Below, in pieces: positions 1 to 5,484 of a DNA stretch of 5,573 nucleotides. Position 1 is the stretch's first letter; each line of letters starts with the position of its first letter. This DNA is from a virus. Lineage: Duplodnaviria; Heunggongvirae; Uroviricota; Caudoviricetes. Where the stretch lies: the IMG/VR virus record IMGVR_UViG_2724679140_000005. One strand, given 5' to 3'. The position numbers and the translations under genes were made by a program. Below the pieces are notes generated by a model, which was not told where the DNA came from, ran no database searches, and worked only from the letters and a program-made list of their open reading frames with translations.

Positions 1-174
1 ACAGTGCAGCAGCGCATCAGTGGCTTCCTTAAGCGTCACAGTGTCGCCATCACCCAGTCCTGCAATTTTTTCGTGCCTGACAAACGCCGCGCAAAGGTCG
101 TTAAACGCCCCTGCCCGCACATCCGCCAGGAAAGCGTTGGCAGCAGCCAAATCCTGGTAGTCAATCCCGCTCAC
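1..174 (-). CDS. Hypothetical protein, 5' part only (runs off the left edge); starts with GTG at 174-172, which overlaps the TGA stop of the upstream gene (GTGA)
   Basis: Minus-strand frame is open from 174 to position 1 (VSGIDYQDLAAANAFLADVRAGAF...). AGGAGG (complement of 183-188) lies 8 nt upstream of the GTG. Same orientation and coupling as the preceding gene. The plus-strand ORF 4..189 is the alternative reading. Confidence 0.4.
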   Translation of the reverse strand, partial: MSGIDYQDLAAANAFLADVRAGAFNDLCAAFVRHEKIAGLGDGDTVTLKEATDALLHC

Positions 175-593
175 AGTACCGCCTCCTGAAAATTACCCTG
201 ATAGAAAGCCAGTACACGCTGCATAACTTCGCTTTTACGACACTCAGTACAAATTATATTATGACGCCTGTCATAGCGGCGTATTTCTCCGTCTGGTAAT
301 GACCATATAATGTCCGGATCAACCGCAGATGGTTTCTTCAGCTTTGCCCTTGAGAGCTTTTTACGGGCATTTTGCCAGTCCTTACGCGCCTGTTCAGACG
401 GGAATAACCCGTAACCAGAGCTGTATACATCGCCACTGGCAACCAGCTCTCTGGTCAGAACGCTCATCAGATATCTTGTTGCCCCAGTTTTAGCTTCCAG
501 TTGTCGTAACGTCTCGCGCCCACTCTGGCGTACGAGTTCAACAACCAGCCCTTTAATTTTTTCCCGCTCTTCTTGTGTAAAAACTTTTGCCAC
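171..593 (-). CDS. Hypothetical phage protein (140 aa) immediately downstream of the replication initiator; function unknown, possibly replication-associated
   Basis: ORF-track ORF with GTG start at 593-591 preceded by AGGAGG (complement of 598-603, 4-nt spacer). No Walker A motif, so not an obvious DnaC-type loader. Stop overlaps the next start (GTGA at 171-174). Confidence 0.6.
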   Translation of the reverse strand: MAKVFTQEEREKIKGLVVELVRQSGRETLRQLEAKTGATRYLMSVLTRELVASGDVYSSGYGLFPSEQARKDWQNARKKLSRAKLKKPSAVDPDIIWSLPDGEIRRYDRRHNIICTECRKSEVMQRVLAFYQGNFQEAVL

Positions 594-636
594 AAGCCCT
601 CCTGAAAATTACCTCATGACCAGAAATTAACACTTA

Positions 637-1710
637 TCACCTGAAGCCCGGCGGAATTTCGTTATCCGGTTCAGAAATATGATTCACACAACGCTGGCTG
701 TTCGTGCCGCTTACCGGGAGCAACCAGGGGTTCTCAAAATTCCGGTCCGGTCCAAAAAACGTCGTCGCTCGCTGAACAAATTCCGTTCCCGTTTTCCCGG
801 TAGTCGCCAGGTATCTTGCGTAACGCCTCACGCCATCCAGCATGGCCTCTGGTGGCACCCCCTCGCGTAATCTGGCCTTCCAGGCACTGAAAGCGGATTT
901 CTTCGGGTTTGCTCCGGCACGCAACGGGTACTCCCGCCAGACCTGTTCGAACACATCCGGATAATCCACTCGTCCCACAGACTGCCCGGTGTTTTCCGGG
1001 ACTACCCGATCGGCTTCCCGCTGAATGGCGGAATCGGCTTCGGGCTGCTGCAGTTGGTGTGATTGCTCCGGCCTTGCGGTCATCACCTGCTGCACAGCGC
1101 CCGAATCGGCTTTCAGCGCATACGCTGAATCGGCTTCCGGTGTCGTGCCTGCTGGCTGACCAGGATTGACGGTCTGAACATCCCCTGCCTGGTTCGTGGC
1201 GTTTTTTACGCCATGGACCATAGTGTTTTGATCTTCTTGATCTGTATCTTTATCTGTATCTTTATCTGTCGTGACTCGTCGTGACATGTGCGTGACATTT
1301 CGTGACGCGCCGTGACAATCGCTATTTTGTTCCCGCTTTCTTTCCCTCTCTCGCTGCGCCCTCTTGCGCTCTGCAGGAGATTTTGCGGTTTGCGAAATAT
1401 TGCCGTTGTCCTCTTTCAGCACCTGGCGTTTTTCCCATCCAGTGATTAAATCACCATCAAGTACCCGCCCCTGCATCGTCTGCAAAATTGAATCAATTAC
1501 CTCTTCTGTCACGTCGAGCGCACTTGCCAAATCTTCTGTCGTGACATCAATGTGACCTCGCGTGACATTTCGTGACGCGCTCACCAGGAGGTGGATATAC
1601 ACTGCCATCACTGTTGCAATTGGCTGCCCTGACACCCTGGCAATTGTTCGCCACTTAGGGTCATTTGGCATGTCATGCCATAATCTGAGCCAGGCGTTAG
1701 CCATACTCAC
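637..1710 (-). CDS. Phage replication initiation protein (lambda O-like / replisome organiser), with iteron clusters inside its N-terminal coding half
   Basis: 357-aa ORF. The N-terminus (AWLRLWHDMPNDPKW...VMAVYIHLL) resembles replisome-organiser N-terminal domains as I recall them. Position directly after ydaS-ydaT matches Rac/Qin-type replication modules. The track start is GTG at 1710; ATG at 1704-1702 with AGAGGTG just upstream is the more likely initiation codon. Confidence 0.8.
   Translation of the reverse strand: MSMANAWLRLWHDMPNDPKWRTIARVSGQPIATVMAVYIHLLVSASRNVTRGHIDVTTEDLASALDVTEEVIDSILQTMQGRVLDGDLITGWEKRQVLKEDNGNISQTAKSPAERKRAQRERERKREQNSDCHGASRNVTHMSRRVTTDKDTDKDTDQEDQNTMVHGVKNATNQAGDVQTVNPGQPAGTTPEADSAYALKADSGAVQQVMTARPEQSHQLQQPEADSAIQREADRVVPENTGQSVGRVDYPDVFEQVWREYPLRAGANPKKSAFSAWKARLREGVPPEAMLDGVRRYARYLATTGKTGTEFVQRATTFFGPDRNFENPWLLPVSGTNSQRCVNHISEPDNEIPPGFR
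1241..1268. repeat. Tandem 12-bp repeat (tctgtatcttta x2 plus a partial copy), relatively AT-rich; encodes the DKDTDKDTD linker of the replication protein
   Basis: Direct reading: tctgtatcttta at 1241-1252 and 1253-1264, then tctgtc. Sits immediately next to the iteron cluster. Confidence 0.7.
1269..1320. repeat. Iteron-like cluster 1: five CGTGAC/GTGAC copies at ~10-11 bp spacing; candidate origin of replication inside the initiator gene
   Basis: GTGAC at about 1271, 1281, 1292, 1302 and 1312. Contains the 20-mer cgtgacatttcgtgacgcgc (1291-1310), which recurs exactly at 1561-1580. Confidence 0.6.
1541..1580. repeat. Iteron-like cluster 2: four GTGAC copies at ~10-11 bp spacing, including an exact 20-bp copy of the cluster-1 element
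   Basis: GTGAC at 1541, 1552, 1562 and 1572. 1561-1580 is identical to 1291-1310. Confidence 0.6.
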
Positions 1711-1775
1711 CTCTTCTGATACCGAATCTGTTTACTCACGAGTTGCCGGAAGCGATTCGATATGGCTATTGTCAG

Positions 1776-2201
1776 TCAATGTACTGCCACAGCATTTCCT
1801 GCCGGGCCACCACGGTTCATCTGATTGAAACCGGCGATTGCCACTGCGACAAAATCATCAGCGTCTCTCACCAGTCGCTCCCGCGTCTCCACCAGCTCCC
1901 GAAAATAAGCTGAACTGTGGCTGCGCATTCTGGCCACCAGCAAAGGTGGCATTGCCTTTTCGATCGCTGGTAACAACGCCTGAATTTTTTTAACCGCATC
2001 AGGAGTGTCTTTCTCCACCCAGCGGAAAATTTTCTGGGTATTGCGAGCCAGGGCTTCCGGATGGCTGTCGTCGTACAGCTCAGGAAACGTCATGCCCAGC
2101 TCGAAATAAGCCCTGGTTATCCTGGCTGCTGGCACTTTTTCACCGTCCGGATGCGCCCAGGCATTCATCGCCATGCGGATATGCTCATGCTTGATTTTCA
2201 T
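1776..2201 (-). CDS. ydaT: YdaT-like protein (CII-like regulator of Rac-type prophages)
   Basis: 141 aa beginning MKIKHEHI and ending ...VAVH, which resembles E. coli Rac YdaT as I recall it. Start ATG (2201-2199) overlaps the ydaS stop (ATGA). Confidence 0.8.
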   Translation of the reverse strand: MKIKHEHIRMAMNAWAHPDGEKVPAARITRAYFELGMTFPELYDDSHPEALARNTQKIFRWVEKDTPDAVKKIQALLPAIEKAMPPLLVARMRSHSSAYFRELVETRERLVRDADDFVAVAIAGFNQMNRGGPAGNAVAVH

Positions 2202-2500
2202 GAATCAACTCCATCAGATAAGCATGCACTACAATCACCTTCAGCATGAACTACATGCGTTTGCCCCAAACGAATGCCGCTCGCATACTCAGGCCAAATA
2301 AGTTCCCAATCATGGGGTCGTAGCTCCGCCCTACTTACTTGGCCTTCCGTAGCAGATTCGATCATAAGGGCGCGGGTTGGAGATATAGCTGCTCGTCCAG
2401 ACGCCATTTGCGATAAGTAAGATGGCGATACACCAAGTCTGGCCGCGAATTTCTTAGCATCACCAACCCTCAATGATTTAATAAACTCTTTTAATGTCAT
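2198..2500 (-). CDS. ydaS: Cro-like HTH regulator, YdaS family
   Basis: 100 aa with an HTH segment (AARLGVSPSYLSQMASGR) and an IESATEGQVSRAELRP motif resembling YdaS. GAGGAAGG RBS just upstream of the ATG at 2500. Divergent from the repressor gene. Confidence 0.8.
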   Translation of the reverse strand: MTLKEFIKSLRVGDAKKFAARLGVSPSYLSQMASGRAAISPTRALMIESATEGQVSRAELRPHDWELIWPEYASGIRLGQTHVVHAEGDCSACLSDGVDS

Positions 2501-2596
2501 ACCTTCCTCGATTTAGTGTTTTTTGCGAGTTTAGTGTTTAATAAACCATTAAGTCAAGTATTTGCTTGTTTAGTGATTACTAAAGATAATTACCAC
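2501..2596. promoter_or_regulatory. Divergent control region (OR/PR/PRM-like) between the cro-like ydaS and the CI-like repressor, with repeated operator-like motifs
   Basis: TTTAGTGTT at 2512-2520 and 2530-2538, TTTAGTGA at 2569-2576, and the near-palindrome GTTTAATAAAC at 2535-2545. AT-rich 96-bp gap between divergent starts. Confidence 0.55.
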
Positions 2597-2968
2597 ATGC
2601 AAAAAAAAGAAATTCGCCGTTTACGTCTCAAGGAGTGGTTTAAAGATAAAACTCTGCCACCCAAAGAGAAGAGCTACCTATCTCAACTAATGAGTGGGAG
2701 AGCCTCGTTTGGAGAAAAGGCTGCCAGAAGAATAGAGCAAACATACGGGATGCCGGATGGGTATCTAGATGTGGAATACGCAGAACAACCTGAGGTTTCT
2801 CCACCACATGCAGGGTTAACGTCTAATCAACTGGAATTATTGCAGATTTTTTCAGCCTTCCCTGAGGATGAGCAACGCCAGATAATCAGCGAGTTAAAGC
2901 AGAAAAAAGAATCAATGGAAGATCTCATAGCGAGATGGATTGCGGCGCAAAAATGCCGCCGCGCCTGA
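2597..2968 (+). CDS. paaR2: CI-like HTH repressor, likely PaaR2 (regulator of the paaR2-paaA2-parE2 module and probable prophage repressor)
   Basis: HTH region (KSYLSQLMSGRASFGEKAARRIEQTYGMPDGYLD) of lambda-repressor/XRE type. Divergent from the cro-like gene and directly upstream of paaA2-parE2. The track ORF starts at ATG 2516, but that N-terminal extension is hydrophobic and overlaps the operator repeats, so ATG 2597 (MQKKEIRR...) is preferred; start uncertain. Confidence 0.7.
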   Translation: MQKKEIRRLRLKEWFKDKTLPPKEKSYLSQLMSGRASFGEKAARRIEQTYGMPDGYLDVEYAEQPEVSPPHAGLTSNQLELLQIFSAFPEDEQRQIISELKQKKESMEDLIARWIAAQKCRRA

Positions 2969-2988
2969 GTTATAAAACCGGAGGAAAC

Positions 2989-3180
2989 ATGAATAGAGTC
3001 CTTTCACCAATGGTTTCTGAATTTGAAACCATTGAACAAGAAAACAGTTACAACGAATGGCTGCGTGCGAAAGTAGCAACAAGCCTTGCAGATCCGCGCC
3101 CAGCAATTCCCCATGACGAAGTTGAGCGCAGAATGGCAGAACGCTTTGCTAAAATGCGGAAGGAACGGAGCAAGCAGTAA
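2989..3180 (+). CDS. paaA2: PaaA2-type antitoxin (ParE-associated antitoxin)
   Basis: 63 aa (MNRVLSPMVSEFETIEQENSYNEWLRAK...KERSKQ) matching the PaaA2 antitoxin of E. coli O157 as I remember it; the paralog number is uncertain. GGAGG RBS 5 nt upstream of ATG 2989. The track's longer ORF from 2935 overlaps the repressor 3' end. Confidence 0.8.
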   Translation: MNRVLSPMVSEFETIEQENSYNEWLRAKVATSLADPRPAIPHDEVERRMAERFAKMRKERSKQ

Positions 3181-3181
3181 A

Positions 3182-3460
3182 ATGTTACCCGTGTTATGGC
3201 TTGAAAGTGCAGATACCGACCTAGATGATATAACTAGTTATATTGCTCGTTTCGACGTAGATGCGGCTGAACGCTTATGGCAGCGATTAAGGGGTTGTGT
3301 GCTGCCATTATCCGAACATCCGTATTTATACCCACCAAGCGACAGAGTACCTGGCTTGCGTGAGATTGTGGCCCACCCTAACTATATAATTCTATACCGC
3401 GTAACAACATCAAGCGTTGAAGTAGTAAACGTGATCCACGCAAGACGCCAGTTTCCCTAA
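3182..3460 (+). CDS. parE2: ParE-family toxin (ParE2-like, RelE/ParE superfamily)
   Basis: 92 aa from ATG 3182, one nt after the paaA2 stop. C-terminal signature typical of ParE (YIILYRV...VEVVNVIHARRQFP). The track ORF 3086..3460 is an upstream-extended version in the same frame. Confidence 0.8.
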   Translation: MLPVLWLESADTDLDDITSYIARFDVDAAERLWQRLRGCVLPLSEHPYLYPPSDRVPGLREIVAHPNYIILYRVTTSSVEVVNVIHARRQFP

Positions 3461-3530
3461 CTTTCACTACCAATAGAAACATAACAACCGCAACGACTTT
3501 ATCAAAAGCGTTGTGTTTGTTACGCCCCAT

Positions 3531-3580
3531 GGTTTAGTTTTTACTTGACTTAAGTTTAATGTTTATTAAACTAAATCTAC
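3531..3580 (+). promoter_or_regulatory. Candidate PL-like promoter for the ydfABC-dicF-dicB operon, with an operator-like motif shared with the 2501-2596 control region
   Basis: TTGACT (3545-3550), 16-bp spacer, TAAACT (3567-3572). Flanked by GTTTAGTTTTT (3531-3541) and GTTTATTAAACTAAATC (3561-3577), whose reverse complement GATTTAGTTTAATAAAC closely matches TTTAGTGTTTAATAAAC at 2530-2546. Confidence 0.45.
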
Positions 3581-3748
3581 CAACCCATCCCGCCCCACAG
3601 AACGCAGGGCAATACTTCGAGTTACCAGGCAGTGGTCAGGGGTTAAGTAGCCAGCCCGAGGCGTAAGAACATGACGGCAGGGTTCAACTTTAACTATGCA
3701 GCAGGTTTTTGTTCCGCTACCCCGGCGTTAAGGGGAAATGAGGTCAGC

Positions 3749-3904
3749 ATGGATACTATCGATCTTGGCAACAACGAATCTCTGGTGTACGGCGTGTTTC
3801 CCAACCAGGACGGCACGTTCACCGCGATGACGTATACCAAAAGCAAAACGTTTAAAACCGAAAATGGTGCCCGTCGCTGGCTGGAAAGAAACTCAGGTGA
3901 GTGA
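3749..3904 (+). CDS. ydfA: YdfA-like small prophage protein (51 aa)
   Basis: MDTIDLGNNESLVYGVFPNQDGTF...RWLERNSGE matches Qin prophage YdfA as recalled. GAGGT RBS upstream of ATG 3749. The track ORF from 3671 is an N-terminally extended version. Confidence 0.7.
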   Translation: MDTIDLGNNESLVYGVFPNQDGTFTAMTYTKSKTFKTENGARRWLERNSGE

Positions 3905-3905
3905 T

Positions 3906-4034
3906 ATGGATTTCGACACAATCATGAAAAAGGCTTACGAAGAATACTTCGAAGGCCTTGCCGAAGGCGAAGAAACTCTCAGCTTCAGCGAATTTAAACA
4001 GGCGCTTTCCCGTTCGGCAAAATCTAACGGCTGA
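3906..4034 (+). CDS. ydfB: YdfB-like small protein (42 aa); not in the supplied ORF track because it is short
   Basis: ATG 3906 sits 1 nt after the ydfA stop, with AGGTGA RBS upstream. Open frame MDFDTIMKKAYEEYFEGLAEGEETLSFSEFKQALSRSAKSNG to TGA at 4032-4034. Gene order ydfA-ydfB-ydfC as in Qin. Confidence 0.6.
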   Translation: MDFDTIMKKAYEEYFEGLAEGEETLSFSEFKQALSRSAKSNG

Positions 4035-4063
4035 TAAGCGAAACAGCACCGCGAGGAATCAGT

Positions 4064-4282
4064 ATGCAGAAACGAGAACCCGTCATCATCGCGCCAGACT
4101 ATACCGATGATGAACTTTATGAGTGGATGCGCCAGAAAATTAATGCAGCGCAGGATCTGAAATGGGCCAATGAAGCCAGGGTTAAACAGGCTGAAAATCT
4201 GTCCGCTCTGGAGACGGATATCACCAATCTGGAAAAAGCAGCGGCATTAAGCATTGCCAGAATGATTACATACCCACGTTAA
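4064..4282 (+). CDS. ydfC: YdfC-like prophage protein (72 aa)
   Basis: MQKREPVIIAPDYTDDELYEWMRQKINAAQDLKW... matches Qin YdfC as recalled. GAGGAA RBS upstream of the ATG. Confidence 0.75.
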   Translation: MQKREPVIIAPDYTDDELYEWMRQKINAAQDLKWANEARVKQAENLSALETDITNLEKAAALSIARMITYPR

Positions 4283-4304
4283 TAGCTAACCAACGAGGCT
4301 AATA

Positions 4305-4712
4305 ATGGAATTTAAAGATTCACCAAAAGAAATCCAGACAATTGCTGCAACGGCTCTCGGTGATAGTCTGGTGAAAATTGACCCGGCATACACCAAAAAA
4401 GAAACCATCGATAATATGGTTCGTAATGTGCGCAATGCTTTTTCTGGGCTATATGGTCCTGATAATCAAAAGCAGGAAAGCGATGTTAATAAACGGGTAA
4501 TTTCTGTTTGCGTGAATGGCCATGTTCTTTCATCAATCAAAACAGAAACAGCGACAGTCTTCGATTGCCTTTGCATTGTACAGAGCCTTGTTGATGCCCT
4601 GTTTCGTTCAGTGAATTTAGAAAATGATGCAAATCTGCGAGGGCGCACAATAGCACATCCATATGCACATACTTTAGGCTCTGTGGATATCAAAGATCCC
4701 ACAAATCTTTAA
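4305..4712 (+). CDS. Hypothetical protein (135 aa) in an AT-rich insert; function unknown
   Basis: ORF with GAGG RBS ~8 nt upstream of the ATG. Local GC is clearly lower than in flanking prophage genes. I recognise no motifs. Confidence 0.55.
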   Translation: MEFKDSPKEIQTIAATALGDSLVKIDPAYTKKETIDNMVRNVRNAFSGLYGPDNQKQESDVNKRVISVCVNGHVLSSIKTETATVFDCLCIVQSLVDALFRSVNLENDANLRGRTIAHPYAHTLGSVDIKDPTNL

Positions 4713-4923
4713 TGAAATAGTTAACGCGAATTGTACTTGCTCTTTCAGTTGCTTTCAGAATACGCGTTGAAACTGCTGGCGGTAATTTGGTATTCCATTT
4801 ATTAAAATCATGCCCGGGAAAGTACTCTTCGAAAATACTTTTAACTGCAGACTCGCCTATTGAAATGCTGCTTACCATGCGACTTTGATAAAGGCATTTA
4901 GCAATAAGAGTTGATTTTAACAT
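4690..4923 (-). CDS. Hypothetical small protein (77 aa), convergent with and overlapping the 3' end of the 135-aa gene
   Basis: ATG at 4923-4921 preceded by AGGAGG (complement of 4928-4933, 4-nt spacer). AT-rich. Overlaps 4305..4712 by 23 bp at the 3' ends. Confidence 0.5.
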   Translation of the reverse strand: MLKSTLIAKCLYQSRMVSSISIGESAVKSIFEEYFPGHDFNKWNTKLPPAVSTRILKATERASTIRVNYFIKDLWDL

Positions 4924-4936
4924 TCACCCTCCTGAA

Positions 4937-5256
4937 GGTTGGTAATTAAGGAGTTCTCCACGGGTGAGGTGGAGTGCGTGCGCCGGACACGGGTGAACAT
5001 CCGGCACAGACAGTTTACTGAAAGGATATTTCCCTGAAAAGTCAGACCATAACGCGAAAGCGCACGGCGAGGTAGCTGGTTCATAGATAGCCTGTCGTTA
5101 AATTTTCGTCGACCGTGCGCTTCCGGTTGTGGCACTCCGCGAAATGGCGCGGCGGTAAGTATAGCGGGGTTATTCCTTCCCCGTTGAGGACACCGGGTTG
5201 TCAGGTTGACCATACGCTTAAGTGACAACCCCGCTGCAACGCCCTCTGTTATCAAT
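4937..5256 (+). other. GC-rich structured non-coding leader upstream of DicF (probable dicF precursor/processing region)
   Basis: Perfect inverted repeats: aagcgcacgg (5058-5067) with ccgtgcgctt (5113-5122); gggttgtca (5195-5203) with tgacaaccc (5223-5231); gccgga (4982-4987) with tccggc (5000-5005). The only ORF here (minus 4917..5255) is Arg-rich and implausible. Confidence 0.4.
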
Positions 5257-5314
5257 TTTCTGGTGACGTTTGGCGGTATCAGTTTTACTACGTGACTGCT
5301 CTGCCGCCCTTTTT
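5257..5314 (+). ncRNA. dicF: DicF small regulatory RNA (antisense inhibitor of ftsZ translation) with intrinsic terminator
   Basis: Sequence beginning tttctggtgacgtttggcggtatcag... and ending ...ctgctctgccgccc followed by ttttt matches DicF as I recall it. Located directly upstream of dicB, as in Qin. Confidence 0.75.
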
Positions 5315-5484
5315 AAAGTGAATTTTGTGATGCGGTGAATGCGGCTAAGCGCACGCGGAACAGTTAAAACCAAAAACAGTGTTATGGGTGGATTCTCTGT
5401 ATCCGGCGTTAATTGTTAACTGGTTAACGTCACCTGGAGGCACCAGGCACTGCATCACAAAATTCATTGTTGAGGACGCGATAA

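Noticed and set aside
4-189. Plus-strand 61-aa ORF at the left edge
   Set aside because: It is antisense to an equally open minus-strand frame that has an AGGAGG RBS and is start/stop-coupled to the upstream gene in the leftward operon; operon context favours the minus frame.
679-1828. Plus-strand ORFs 679..870, 909..1169, 1364..1555 and 1562..1828
   Set aside because: All lie antisense within the 357-aa replication initiator gene or the ydaT/initiator junction, lack convincing RBSs and have Arg/Pro/Ser-rich low-complexity translations typical of antisense frames.
2061-2249. Plus-strand 62-aa ORF
   Set aside because: Antisense to the ydaT/ydaS junction; no RBS; the leftward genes have strong similarity-based support.
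2516-2596. N-terminal extension of the repressor ORF starting at ATG 2516
   Set aside because: The extension (MFFASLVFNKPLSQVFACLVITKDNYH) is hydrophobic, overlaps the operator repeats and the divergent ydaS RBS region, and is unlike the N-terminus of HTH repressors; the internal ATG at 2597 is preferred, though this is not certain.
2935-2988. Longer PaaA2 frame starting at ATG 2935 (and longer ParE frame from 3086)
   Set aside because: These upstream extensions overlap the preceding genes in other frames. The internal starts at 2989 and 3182 have proper RBSs and give the expected 63-aa antitoxin and 92-aa toxin.
2912-3106. Minus-strand 64-aa ORF
   Set aside because: Antisense across the repressor/paaA2 junction; no RBS; conflicts with well-supported plus-strand genes.
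3580-3670. Possible nutL-like boxB hairpin (gcccc...cagggc) downstream of the PL-like promoter
   Set aside because: Stem and loop geometry does not match lambda boxB (5-bp stem, 5-nt loop), no boxA-like sequence is evident, and no N-like antiterminator gene is present in the window.
3694-4049. Minus-strand ORFs 3694..3921 and 3852..4049
   Set aside because: Antisense to ydfA and ydfB, which have RBSs and match known Qin proteins; no RBS support.
4466-4702. Minus-strand 78-aa ORF inside the 135-aa gene
   Set aside because: Fully nested antisense within 4305..4712, no RBS; the plus frame is longer with a proper start. It cannot be fully excluded because the 135-aa gene itself is unverified.
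4917-5255. Minus-strand 112-aa ORF
   Set aside because: Arg/Pro-rich, implausible translation across a GC-rich region full of perfect inverted repeats immediately upstream of DicF; more consistent with structured non-coding RNA.
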